Positions 1-12,629 of a stretch of DNA of 64,000 bases are shown piece by piece (the first letter of the stretch is position 1; every line of letters starts with the position of its first letter). The notes beneath the pieces were generated by a model. It saw only the letters and a list, made by a program, of their open reading frames with translations. It did no database searches and had not been told where the DNA came from. The position numbers were made by a program, and so were the translations under genes. This DNA is from Eukaryota sp. TZLM1-RC (lineage: Eukaryota > Protista > Metamonada: BaSk clade), in NCBI GenBank assembly GCA_040285825.1, contig JAUPSS010000006.1, positions 744,001 through 808,000 of the forward strand, given 5' to 3'.

Positions 1-269
1 GCATTAAATCACCTTTATTTCGACCAAACGAATTCAAAGTATCTTCATCAATCAAACGGAAAAGTAATGGTTCTAAATAGGACACACTTCTATGTGATAT
101 TGACAAACAATAGAGTTGATCTCTTACCGCATCATGAACTTTTGAACGGAAAGTAGTGAAATGTTCACAATTGAATAAATGATCTGGAGAAAATTTTGAT
201 TATTAAATTTTCAAATTATGAAGCATGTTATCAGGCCAACTCAAACAATAAAGGCGCATTGTACAAGAA
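1..269 (-). pseudogene. Fragment of RLE-type non-LTR retrotransposon family B (endonuclease region), cut by the window edge
   Basis: Near-identical to 1570-1839. Minus strand reads NHLFNCEHFTTFRSKVHDAVRDQLYCL..EPLLS. Confidence 0.8.
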
Positions 270-1135
270 AATTTTTATAAAGTTTTATTCATCAGTTGAA
301 TTATTATCCATAGTGAAATAAAATAGAATTTATAATTCATTATTTTTCTTAAACAATCACAATTGACAACAACGTACATTTTACAACCAAAACAATAAGC
401 TAATGTATAAATCACAAATATGAAAACGTCCATTTTTCTATTGATACAAATATATCTTTATATAAATAAAAATCGGTGACTATAGGAAACTCCTTTCTTC
501 AACAACACATGTTGTCAATTGACAATGAGTCCATTTCCTCTTACATAGCAAAATTTAGAGCATATCATTCAGAGTGAGCAGTGTTTTAAATTGACAACAA
601 ACCTGCTATTTTATCTAGTTCCTATTCTTATTTTAAACATCATAACATTGTCATTCTTTTAAACCAAACAGTATCATTCATTTCTCCTATATCATTATTA
701 CAACCTAATGCAATATATTTGTAGCTTTAAGCGTTGATATGGTATCAATAAATTAATGTTCATTTGTATTTGCTTTTACTATCTTTCAAGCAGTTATAAC
801 TGAATTGATTTCAAAGCCTGAATAGTTCCAGAAATTTCGGCCACATTTAAATGCATGATATAGTTGTTTCAACAATAGTAAAGGAAAGACGGAAAATTTG
901 AATGTAATTTTGAAATTTGAGATTAAAGTTGAAAGCACTGTCGAGACATAATTGATTCAAGTGATTTACTCATTTCAAATAAATTGAGTCAAGTTGATTT
1001 TAAATTAAATTCGATAATCAACGTGTCGTTGGTTTTTTGCCCCAAAAAAAAACAAAAATGTAGTCAAAAAATTAGTATCGTTAATTTTTTTTCATATTAT
1101 TTTATTTATCCCACCAAAAACAAACTACACGACAA
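270..1135. repeat. AT-rich dispersed repeat containing the empty target site of the CRE-like element
   Basis: Other copies: 1840-2126, ~29795-30085, 47300-47845 continuing at 52106-52450, and a diverged inverted copy at ~58930-59310. Confidence 0.85.
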
Positions 1136-1137
1136 GG

Positions 1138-1839
1138 TTAAAATTTTATGTCTTCATAATCTAAATTAGCCACGAAGAATTGACTGCAAGTTTTTCTTTC
1201 ATAAAAGCGTCCAAGAGATAACAAATCTGAAGATATTAAGGGAACAACCCATTTGAAAAATGAAAAACCATTCTGTTTTACCAAAAACTCCTCCAGTACG
1301 TTGTTTCACAATGTCAACAAAATCATCCAGAAAAGATAAAGCATGAGGTCCAAGCGTTCCAGGAAGGGAAACTACAAATGGACAAATGACATAACGAGTA
1401 TGCGATACTGCATTCAAGGATAACAATTTAACTGTATATTTGTCAATTATGGCTTTTTCGGAAACAGTTAAGTGCTTCCTACAATTTGATTGAGCCATTG
1501 ATAGAAGAACCATTACATACCTCAGTAGATCTCACATCTGTAATAATGGTAGTACCTTCAAGACCTTAAAGCATTAAATCACCTCTATTTCGACCAAACG
1601 AATTCAAAGTATCTTCATCAATCAAACGGGAAAGTAATGGTTCTAAATAGGACACACTTCTATGTGATATTGACAAACAATAGAGTTGATCTCTTACCGC
1701 ATCATGAACTTTTGAACGGAAAGTAGTGAAATGTTCACAATTGAATAAATGATTTGGAGAAAATTTTGATTATTAAATTTTCAAATTATGAAGCATGTTA
1801 TCAGGCCAACTCAAACAATAAAGGCGCATTGTACAAGAA
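1138..1839 (-). pseudogene. 3' part of RLE-type non-LTR retrotransposon family B (restriction-like endonuclease)
   Basis: Minus strand: HLFNC..HDAVRD..EPLLSRL..RGDLML*GLEGTTIITDVRS, then KY..CPFVVSLPGTLGPHALSFLDDF. Contains stops and frameshifts. Confidence 0.85.
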
Positions 1840-3044
1840 AATTTTTATAAAGTTTTATTCATCAGTTGAATTATTATCCATAGTGAAATAAAATAGAATT
1901 TATAATTCATTATTTTTCTTAAACAATCACAATTGACAACAAAGTACATTTTACAACCAAAACAATATGCTTATGTATATATAAACAAATGTGAAAACGT
2001 CCATTTTTCTATTAATACAAATAAATCTTTATATAAATAAAAATCGGTGACTATAGGAAATTTATTTCTTCAACAAAGCATGTTGTCAATCGACAATAAG
2101 TCCATTTCCTCTTACATAGCAAAATGTAAAAGGGAATATCAGGCTAGGTATCGTTGAAGTAGAAAAAACAGTAGTCGTAAAGGATAAGTTTTCACTGAAT
2201 GATAGACTATAACAACTAATGGATCATAACACATTCCCATAGAGTTCTATCAAAAATTATGTTCTTTGACTGTTAGCAGATTGGTCAAGCACATAGCACC
2301 ATACGAGAAGAACTGAAACTCACATGAAAATCAGCCACATTCGAGCAGAACCAGATTGGAAAAAGATTTCTGCAAAAACACTCAATTATTTGGGTTCTTG
2401 GAAATATGACATTACATGCAAAAATTGAAAAGAATGGTAACAGGTATTGAACGGAATCACCATTTGAATAAATGGTGTAGTTCATATATTTGGATTTATT
2501 AAAAAAGCTGATAATGGTTTATCAGAAGCTCTTTGTTTTCATTTAGCTTTGGGAAATATGCTTTTGCTTCTTCAGTCAAGCTGCAGAAGTATGAACACCA
2601 ACTGGACAATGGAGAGAGAGTGCCTCTTAATCGCACCACGGCAGTGATCTTCCAAAATAGGTAATCTCCAGGTACCTTTTGCTGCCAGGCCTTTTTTATC
2701 TTGTTCTTCATGAAAGAGAAGAACTTTTACCTGTAGCATATGTGGAACAGTAGGTCATACCTAGGCTAATAAAAAGTTTTACCCCTGATTTCCCTGGTGG
2801 TTATAAATATTATATTCATAATTAATCTTATTTCATTATGTATCTAGTGTTTGTGGTTCGTATATGAAAATTTTTGAAAATATAATTTATGCCACACTTT
2901 TTTAAATTTTGAATTATATTTTGAATTCTGTCACACGTAAAAAAATCATAACATGTATTTTTCACAAGTAAAATCGTTCTTTATGAATTCTATCATTTTG
3001 AAAATGAATATTTGAATATCCAGCCGCGACCCGCGGGCGCGAAA

Positions 3045-3330
3045 ATTCTTGTCAATGTCACCCACGACAGGAAGTTCTACAGCAGTGATGCATGTTTTGT
3101 GGGACTTATCAACCAGGCCTAATTTTCTTTGTTATTCTGCTCTAAAATGTGGGAATATCGCTAGACTTGATGTTTTTTTTGAAACACTTATTTAAATCGG
3201 AAAAAATGCAAAGAAGATGATTGTTTTCCTTCTGGACGACGTTAATTTCAATATGCCAAAATTCACGGAACGCATTCGAGGTCGCTTTGAAGATTTTGTT
3301 TTTGTCTTAATACTAATTTCAATGAATGTA
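3045..3330 (+). pseudogene. Degenerate P-loop NTPase-like fragment (inverted copy at ~45680-45890)
   Basis: LSMSPTTGSST (Walker-A-like but no Lys), KKMIVFLLDDVN (Walker-B-like) and FVLILISMN. One internal stop. Confidence 0.35.
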
Positions 3331-3429
3331 AACAAGGAAATGCAATATTGAAGTAAAACTTTTTCTCCATAGAAAATTTCACCTTTGACCACAATCGTCT
3401 CGGAAAAAATTTTGTAGTATCCATCAACA

Positions 3430-3850
3430 AATTTTGTGAAAAGCTGCATCAAAAAAGTTTCTGAACAACACTGTTATCAGACATCATTTTTGGCTCTGGG
3501 AACATTAAATCTTCTTGGAAATTTTTTAAAGTTATCCAAAGCAGTATCAGAAATTAGTCGAAAATTTGGTTCTTCTCGTTATAATATTGATAAAATGTTT
3601 CTCAAACATATTGCTGTTATGACAATTGTTGTAGGTAATCGATCTTCGGACATTGCAGATGAACTATTTAATGAATTTCATCGTTCGTTTTTGGAGACCC
3701 TGATAGGCTTATCCCGTACACAACAGCACTCCAATCTCACTGTGAGTAGTGTTTCATCCAATGTTGACGAGGGAAAACCTTCTTGGTTTATGATCCACGC
3801 TGTGGCAGAAGAATTTGTCAAGGCAGAGGTGAACGATTATCGCTCAATTT
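3430..3850 (+). repeat. Duplicated fragment of an unknown gene (second copy 55440-55858)
   Basis: Both copies read KSCIKKV.E.HCYQTSFLA..GKPSWFMIHAVAE.FVKAEVNDYRS. Confidence 0.8.
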
Positions 3851-5998
3851 GTCCTGTTGTGTTTATTCTACCACAGGTCGTTGATGAATTTTGTCATAAA
3901 AAAGTTGTCCTTAAATTACTTCAACATTGTTTATATCTCTTGGTAAGACGCTACAGAAGACCTCATGTTGAAGCTTCCGCTGAAATCAATGCTTTGGGTG
4001 AAAATTTTGTTAATCTGAAAAAGCAATTTGAGTCGCTGGATTTTCATCATTGTCGATGTGTACTAATTGCTTAAAAGTTTTGTCGTTATGTTTCCCAAAA
4101 TGCTTCACGTTATTTAACTGACAGTCTTAATCGAGAACAATATTCGATTTCAATCAAAGAACGACCAACATTGTCAAGTGAGATGGGTGATATTTGGTGT
4201 TGCCGTTTAACAATAGTGATTATGTCACTGATGAGTAACCATTGAGGAAATTACAATTTTCCTTGATAATTTTGTTCCTGAATTGAAAAATCTTTTGAAA
4301 CCAGTGAACACATTTTGATCCAAAGATACCCATCACTGAATCCAACAAGTCCACAGTTGATAAACTAAATTATTTATGAAAATTGGTTGACTTGCCAACA
4401 TACCTTACTGCTTATTTTTCGGTTTATTCTATGTCTATAAAGTTGGCACTCGAGCTTGAAGATTATGATAAGATCTATAACTTTGTGTTGAGTAAAAAAT
4501 ATCGGCATTCAGTATATTTGAATTTCTGGGTTTTTTTGAGTCTTGTGGCGGAAAAATTTGATTCAGATGGGCCAATTCGAATTATGCTAACAGAATTGAA
4601 AAAGCAATCAACTGATGATATTCAAAGTATTATTTGGTCGTCGTTTCGTAAATGGACATTGTTCCGTGACAAGAACCTCCAGTTTTCGCAACACCTATAA
4701 CCATTTTGAGTAGTGAGTTGATGACGTGTCATTGGTTCAATTAGATTATTGTTCTTTGTCATTAGTTTTCCATGTTACATTGATAAACTTCTTGTTTCGG
4801 TTTTTAATGCGAAATTCATGTGCACGAAATCCACTAGATCAACATAAGTTGTGTAAGACCCGACTTCTCTTTCAAAATTTTGATATTCTGTTCACATTTC
4901 CCAATTACGTCCAATGGCATTTTTGTTTCACTTCTATTTCGATGTATAGCTTTCCTTTATCAGCGAACCATCTGTAATAGCGATATTCATTCTCAAAGCA
5001 ACTTGTGGAGAGGATCACTCCATTGTGCTCAAATTCCACAAATTGCTCTCATTGATTTCGAATTTGGTTTCCATACCAATTTCGACCTCAAAGCAAAATA
5101 ACACAGTAGTTTAGCTGTTTACCAGCAAGGATCAGCACTGCTACAACTATGTGCACTTTTTGCTCCATCCCTTGATGCAGGGTCACTTCTCTATTAAATT
5201 TTACGCATGATAAACTTGCATCAGTTAGAAATGGACCAATCAGTTGAAATCTCGGCACAGCTGTAGAAGCTGAGTGTTATAAAAAAGTAATATGTTGAAA
5301 ATATGACAAAACTAATCCCTCAATCAAACCAAGCTTCATCAATTTACCCAATTACTGGGAAGCAAAACAGTTGTTTGATATCATTCGACGTGATCTAAGC
5401 TATTTTTGATGTTCTTGTTTTGTTGTTGTTAATATAACATTGGACTTGCGCATTCGCACTCAAGCCGAAGCAAATCATTTTGCCATATTGAAGGCTTTCA
5501 CTTTAATTTTTTCAGATGTAACAAACGGAGTCTTTGATTCCATTAAACAGTGAAAGGATTAAACATTCAGCATTCTCGTTGTTTGGTTTTGATTTGCCTA
5601 TTTTGTGATTGTTCTCCTGGTATGAATATTTCCAGTAATACAATTGAGGTATTTTATCAATCATAACTAATTAGTAGACGATTTAGACCATGCAAACAAG
5701 GACATTGACTTTTGGTTTTTCCTGTATGTCTTAAACCCCGGGTAATTAAAGTACATAGAAAATAAACAGATCCACCCATGAAGTATGTTCTTCATCGTCT
5801 GATTTACTTTGATGCAAAACAAAAATAGAGTATATCACAGGAACATGCATGTTGGAGGGTACATAGTGTATCTACATAACTTTTGCGAATCATCCAATCG
5901 CCTTTTCCGCTTCTGGCTATGAAACGTGACCCACGACTACGTACTTCATAACATATATAAGAGAAACCTCCAGATCCAAGAAGATGAATCCATCCCTG

Positions 5999-6149
5999 TG
6001 TTAGCCTTGGATAATATTTGCATTACTAGTTTAATTGTAAATTATTGTACAAATGCGCCCATGCGCTGAAATTGGGGTAAATCCTCATTCCCTCATGATA
6101 AATCTCATTACATTCAGGTATACTTATGTCTAACCCATCTAGATCATCA
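5999..6149 (+). mobile_element. LTR of Gypsy family 1 (TGTTAGCCTTGG...); copies start at 13609 and 21224
   Basis: Same start as the PPT-preceded LTRs at 31858 and 56953. The 3' part (ataaatctcattacatt..atgtctaac) is shared with 61455-61488. Confidence 0.65.
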
Positions 6150-7139
6150 ATACATGTTGGATTCACTTCGGTGGGTTAGGTTTCGTAAAATTATTTAAAC
6201 GAAAGAGATAGGGTTGGTCTCTGTAGATTCTGTGGTAATCCTGGCCACTCCATCAATGAATGACCAAACCCAGACTGCCAAATGTTCAAACAGTGGCCAT
6301 ATCAGCCACAACACCACCCGAAAGTAATGGGAAATCTGCAGAGGTAATTGTAACACACTCATCCAACAATTTGTATTTTTTATAAGACTGTTAACCGCAA
6401 TGCTTGGAACCCATGGGCAGCCCTCAATTGTTTACCCTTTTAGATTATTCTTACAGAAGATTAACAAAACAACTAACAATCAACTAGTCAACACCTACGC
6501 AATCTGGATTGACGAATTTCCTGCAGGAAAGAAAGATGTTAGAAAACTTAGCTCAATACTTTTCTTAAACCGTTATCATATATAATGATAAGGCATCACA
6601 GCACATCAGTATACTGTGAAAAAGTGGAACATTTAACATTTTCTGTTGAGGTAAACAATTTCAGATTTATTCGAAAATAAAGTTGATGTACGAATTAAAC
6701 CTACAAAGATCCAAAAGCATGAAGATTTGAATATTGCTAAAAAAATTTGTACAAATATTGCCCAACGATATTCTGTTGATCCTCATTCAGTAACTCATCG
6801 TGATGGGAATAGACAATCCAGATGACACAAATTAATCCCTCAATCAAACCAGAATTTATCAATTTACCCAATTACAGGGAACCGAAAAAGTTGTCTGATA
6901 TTATTCGACGTGATCTAAGCTATTTTTGTTGTTCTTGCCACGAAGATCAAAAGCACAATGATTTGCTATTAACAAATGAGAAATTTCACTCAATTTTAAA
7001 GGGACAATTTTTCAACAACATGAACGAATTCCACATCTAATATAAAAGAACAAATCAATGAAATAGACTATTGAAATAAATGCTTTGATTTCTGAAACTT
7101 TGTTTGAAAAGTTTTAATAGTTCCGAAATAAGCAAATAA

Positions 7140-7275
7140 ATTGCCACAGATACAATGAGAAAAACTTTTACACATCAATATGGTGCATTCAGAAGAACTG
7201 ATGCTGAGAGAAGTCACTGTTTAAATAATTTACGAAAACAATTGGGACATGATAGTGCCAACACTACTTTAACAG
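7140..7275 (+). pseudogene. Tyrosine recombinase C-terminal catalytic-region remnant (copies 14746-14880 and 22367-22501)
   Basis: IATDTMRKTFTHQY..LNNLRKQLGHDSANTTLT matches the xxxR(K)TF and LGHxSxxTT boxes. A stop precedes it and the catalytic Tyr is not seen. Confidence 0.7.
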
Positions 7276-7729
7276 GTAAAGCAATAAACAGAATGAGGGA
7301 AAAGCATAAGTGGGTAAAGATGTAGACAGATTAACAGCCATTCAAACAGCATTTGATTGAAGTAGTAGACATCATTGACAGTTGATGAAATACAATTTCA
7401 ACTAAAACTGATTAACATTATCTTAACCTACTTATTCGAAATAATTGGTAGTTGTAACCCTTATCACTATATCAATGAGAAGGAGGAAAACAATTATATT
7501 CGTAATACCAGTCCAGAAATGTTCTCATTTGTCAGCCAAAACTAAACGTGACCTTCTGGATTAGAAAAGTATCTCGTCATCTGTAGTTTAAATTTGTGCC
7601 TTGTTTTGACTTTATGATTTTCTTAACTCTTTTAATAAACGTCTGTTTTATTTATTTATGTTTATGACCAATAGTGCACGTAAAACAACAGCAATGACTC
7701 CAGCTGTGCTCCCTTGTCAGGAAACTTGG

Positions 7730-8145
7730 AATCCTTACAGAAGACTAAGTATTCTTGAACTTATAAGAGAGAAAAACTCATGGAAGATGAAGCCATTCCT
7801 AATCAGTTCATCCCTCCGTCCGATCTGATCTTTGCTCTATCCTCCTTAGCTGATTTAGAGGAAGCCACGTTTTGACTCAATGATGAGGACGTTCCTTCAA
7901 AGATTTGCTGTTTGAGTATCCCAAAGTATTTTCAAAGTTCCCGCCACTAAAGGAACTGAATGTCCTCCGATGAGAATCCGTTTTCATGATGAGACAAAAG
8001 TAGTATCGAAGAAGTTGCGCTATTTGCCCCCTGATAAGCTGAAATTCACTAATGAGGGAATGGACGTCCTCATCAATAATTGTTTTGCTGTCCCATAGGA
8101 TGGCTCTTGGAGCTTCCCTAACTGCTAAGTACAACGCCCTGGTGA
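7730..8145 (+). pseudogene. Gypsy pol fragment (protease-RT junction / RT N-terminus), present in each tandem unit
   Basis: LLFEYPKVF..KGTECPPMRIRFHDETK..RYLPPDKL..FAVP*DGSWS. Paralog at 39390-39845. Confidence 0.7.
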
Positions 8146-10396
8146 GCCGGAATAACAGAAAAACAGTTTATGCTTGTTGATATCTTTATTAATCACCGGA
8201 TATTTCCTCTATTCAAACTGCAGAAACATTCATTGCATGTCCCTAGAACAGTTGAGGATGACAGCAAAGAGGTTTATTCTTCACAGATCCTTAAAACTCT
8301 TTTGCCTTTGATCATGGAAATTTGGGCTTTAGACCGTTCAATCCCTGTTACTGTTCTTGTCAACTTTTGCATTCAGTGTCGTATTTAACAGAATCCTGAA
8401 AATCAAGATTTTTTACTAAAATTATTTCTTAACTCGATTCTGCTCAAGGATGTGGCTGATTTTCATGCAATACTTTTCGTTTAGTGTTTTGTGCTTGACA
8501 CAATGACATGCAAAACACACTTTTTTTTGAAGCCACCAGCTCAACGAAGGTTCAACAATTCAATAAAGTGTCTAAAATGATAAATGGTACATTATTTCGA
8601 TAAACACAAAAAGCACACCGAAACTTGAAGTGCTAGTTCCACGCTTCTTGGCAGTCGGACCAGCCAACTGCGAGGAGCCTTTTTTAGTTGCTCGCTGACC
8701 TGTTCTCTTGAAACGCAATATTTTTAGGAGCTGTGCTCAATTTTTTCATTGCTTCTGGTCCAAGAAGTACGCCGACTGTGTACTTCAAAAGAATCTGCTA
8801 GATGAGTCAATTTTGTAATGGTATCAACAAATACACCAGCATATCTTGGTACATTGGCTCAATATGACAGCCAACGCCTATATTGGTGGTGGTGAAAATT
8901 TGTTTAAAAAATCAATGAGAAGCAAACGATTTCCGAGCAATATGGAGTCTCCGGTCAACAATCTTTTAATATGGCCTGAGTATTTCATTTTCTTTAGAAG
9001 ATTACTACCCTGATGCGATGAAAAGCACTCTCTCTCCATGGTCCAGTTGGTCTCTATGCTTCTGCAGCTTGACTAAAGAAGCAGAAGCTTATTTCACAAA
9101 GCTAAATGAAAACAAAGAGCTTCTGATCAACCCTTATCGGCTTTTTTAATAAATCCAAATTTATTAACTACACCATTTATTCAAATGGTGATTCCGTTAA
9201 ATACCTGTTACCGTTCTTTTCAATTTTTGCATGCAAAGTCATATTTCTGAGAACCCAAATTATTGAATGTTTTTGCTGAAATCTTTCCATTATTTGGTTC
9301 TGCTCAGGAATGTCGCTGATTTTCATATGGTTTTCAGTTCTTCTCGTATGGTGCTATGTGCTTGACCAATCTGCTCAGTCAAAGAATATAATTTCCGATA
9401 GAACTCTATGGGTATGTGTTATGATCCATTAGTTGTTATGGTCTATCACTCAGTGAAAACTTATCCTTTACGACTACTGTTTTATCTACCTCAACGATAC
9501 CTAGCCTGATATTCCATTCTCAATAATTTAAAAAAATAATTGAAAAAATAAAATATAATGATAATAGAGGCAGCTTTGAACCCAGTGTCTGTGCCTCACG
9601 ATAATAATTTGTACCGATGTCCTGTACAAAATAACCTGTTACTGAATCAGAACCTGCCGAGCACAGTACAAAAACAATGGTCTCTTTGCCTTGTGCTGAT
9701 TGACAATCAATTCTTCTCAGTCCTCTGACCCAACAAATTCTCAAAAAATTGTCACTACTGGATTATTAGGTATGTTAATCATAAAACTAATCATGGAATT
9801 GATAAAAACGCATAATGAAATATTGGTGAAAATGAACGACACCATTAGCGAGATGTATTCTAGTCTCGTAGAAGTACATGTCCATCGAAATGATCGTCAG
9901 AACATACAGTTAAAATTCCCGTCTCCAACTATGCCTAGCCCAAAAAAGCTGAAACTGCCTAAAGTGTTAAAGTCTACATTGTTCCCGCCAGTGAAAAGAG
10001 TCCATTTTAGTAATTGTTGATTGTATTAGTTTTGATTTTTATAAATTGATTCTTACTTATTACTAGTTGTACATTGATATATAATACAAACAAAAAATTC
10101 CAGTGTTTGTATGGTATGCAGCAATACTCACAAACTCAATTTTTTCATTGAAACAAATGGTGAAAAATTATTAGAGAACGAAATTATGTTTACTTCTAAA
10201 GCATTTGAACAATTCAACAACACAGATTATATAAGCAAAATTTTAAAATTTTGGGAAAACAGAACTTGTCACAATTACAATAAAGGGTTGTCATCAACAA
10301 TACTGCTGACATCAATTATTGTGAACAAGAGCATGAACTGCTTCTGTGGAAATAAACAATTTCAATTTATTCGAAAATAAATTTGATGTAGGGATC

Positions 10397-12434
10397 GAAC
10401 CTACAAAGATCCAAAAACATGTAGACTATATAGACACACGTAATCAGATCTTTCTTCACCGTAATCAACCTCAAACAGTGAAAAACTGAATGATTGATGA
10501 CTGCTCAGTCGTTTATGTATTTATGATCAGAGCCTCAAAATAAAGAGAATTACTCTCAATATTTGGTAGAGACTCTGAATTGCAAAAAATATTGATGAGA
10601 AATAGTACCCTACAATGATTACTAGCAATTGAATCAAGAATAAATGAAAGCAGTTTTGAAATCGGTAGCAGAATCAGTAGCAACATTAGAATCAGATTGT
10701 CATTCAATGACATCTACATTATCAAAATCAACATTAGATTTGACATCGGTGAATAGAGGTTCATCATTAGCACATCCATTAATAACTTGACCTTTAGGCT
10801 CAACTGGATCTCAAAGTTTGACATTGGCTGAACCCAAGATTGTATGATAATGTATAATGACACAAACACCCTCGTCATGGGTTCAATCCCTTCGAGTCCA
10901 AAATTTATGTTCTCTTCACGATATTTCTAAATTCAATTCTCGGCAGTGGATTTAAAAAAATGGAGAAGATGTGGCAAAAGAATTAACAAGGCCAATAAAA
11001 TGCATAAAGAAGTTGAAACAGAAAGACAAGTATGGAAAAGAACAGAATGTTAACTTGTACTCAACCTTGAAGAAAAAGAAGAATTCAGTAGGGAGGAGTA
11101 GTTTCTTTACTGGGTACGATCAGCACGAACACAGCAAGAGAAGAAGAGACAATCATCAAAGATAATGGAATAAACTGAAAGAACTGTGAAGAGAGTTGGG
11201 TTGGCAAGGTTTCAGAGGATATCTTGAAAGGATATCTGTAATGTTTACAGTTTTAATGGTCAATAGTATCCGATCGATCGGCTTTGATGGAGGATTCGGA
11301 ACGTAATAGCCACGGTTCACCAAGGTTCTTTAAGTTGTGCTAGGTCACTGATGATAAGTTGAACAATATTGACAGAATAATCAAGGTTGAAAACGTAAGT
11401 CGTAAAATATTGTGAAGAAGTTATTGCTAAAAACATTTTGGTATCAAAACTACTTGATTGCATATGAATGTATGATTCGACTCAACCCAATTCTCTTTCT
11501 TCTTATCTCTTTTCTATGATGGTGAGGAATCTAGGTCCGTGGATCATTATTCCCGCACCTCGTACTATTGATGGTAGACGCTACCGATGGTATTTAACCT
11601 TCTGGTTCAATACTTGCTGTGTCTCTCATCCCGTATACTGATTCTCTATCTTATCGTTGCTTTATGGGTGTTTTTACCTTTTCAACCAACTGCTCTAATC
11701 ACCATCCTTTTCCTCATTTGTAACATCACCATCACCTTTCTTCTCTATCTAGCTGATTGTCTCTTCATTTTCAGATCTCTTTACATCAATTTTGTCTATC
11801 TGCAAAGTTACTCACCCGGACTCGAACGCCGAACAATAGGTCGGTCGACCTGTCGGTTCTTCCTTCCTTCATCAGCTATTGAAATCATTTATGCTGTTGA
11901 TTCAAGTTGGAAATTGACCAGGATAAGCTCGAATTGATTCTAATTCTACAGTTTTTACTACATGTTACATTTCATTTTGTTTTTAATGAATATGTTCTTG
12001 TTGGCTGTCATTTATTTTGCCCTTGGAATCGTTCATTTAGCATTTAACATTACAGACTTGATATTGTTGAGCATGAATCTTATACTAGTTTATTCTAGTT
12101 TTAAGTTTTCAAATGTGATTCAAATTATTTATTGTTTTCTTTACAAATTAATATAGTTTAAGTTTTCTCTTTAAATATATTTATTATCTTACATGCTCAC
12201 TTACCCAAGGTTTATTTTTTGGATTTCATTGTTCTTTAATTTATTTATAATTTTAGAGTCTCTACCAAATATTGAGAGTAATTCTCTTTATTTGGAGTCT
12301 TTTATCACAAATACATAAACGACTGAGTCATCATCAATCATTCAGTTTTGCACTGTTTGAGATTGATTACGGTTAAGAAAGATCTGATTACATGTGTCTG
12401 TATAGTCTACTTGTTTTTGGATTTTTGTAGGTTC
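10397..12434. repeat. ~180-bp inverted repeat pair (10397-10576 and 12255-12434) enclosing ~1.7 kb
   Basis: gaacctacaaagatccaaaaacatgtagacta..ttggtagagactct and its reverse complement. The same pair is at 42650-42821 and ~44481-44662. Confidence 0.85.
11170..12150 (+). pseudogene. Decayed unknown ORF of 'element X'
   Basis: One frame is conserved against the diverged copy at 34480-35540: RVGLARFQRIS, DGEESRSVDHY, LNLLVQYLL.LSS, PGLE, CH..CP.N, ESYT.LF, FKCDSN. Confidence 0.55.
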
Positions 12435-12575
12435 TGAAGAGCAAAGGTCGTTCAGTTTGAGGACAAGGAAACTTACCAAAGTTCTGGGAGGTTGGCGGGG
12501 CTAACTTGGTTATTGATTCTGTCTTGGTAGGACCAATCCGGCGTTGACCGTTTTTAAATATTGAGCCACTGATTT
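12435..12575 (-). pseudogene. Gypsy RT C-terminal fragment
   Basis: Reverse complement of 63497-63635 (GSIFENGQRRIDPTKTESITKL), which lies downstream of a YIDD motif. Confidence 0.55.
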
Positions 12576-12629
12576 TGATGGGGTTTGTCTTTACCTGATG
12601 ACTTTATTGGCGGTCAATAATTATTATAA

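Larger units (their letters stand above)
1..2126. repeat. Direct repeat with period 1569 bp (1-555 matches 1570-2126)
   Basis: gcattaaatcacct.tatttcgaccaaacg starts at both 1 and 1570 and stays colinear to cctcttacatagcaaaat. Confidence 0.9.
5021..12625. repeat. Tandem ~7.61-kb mosaic unit, copy 1
   Basis: caaattccacaaattgctctc occurs at 5030, 12639 and 20253. The same ORF-track entries recur at ~7.61-kb spacing. Confidence 0.97.

Noticed and set aside
11815-11827. Minus-strand GTTCGAGTCC B-box
   Set aside because: Explained by the conserved plus-strand peptide PGLE, and there is no T-stem.
11587-12156. Small hydrophobic ORFs as membrane proteins
   Set aside because: Comparison with 34835-35540 shows conservation shifting between frames. 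The hydrophobicity reflects T-richness of a decayed gene.
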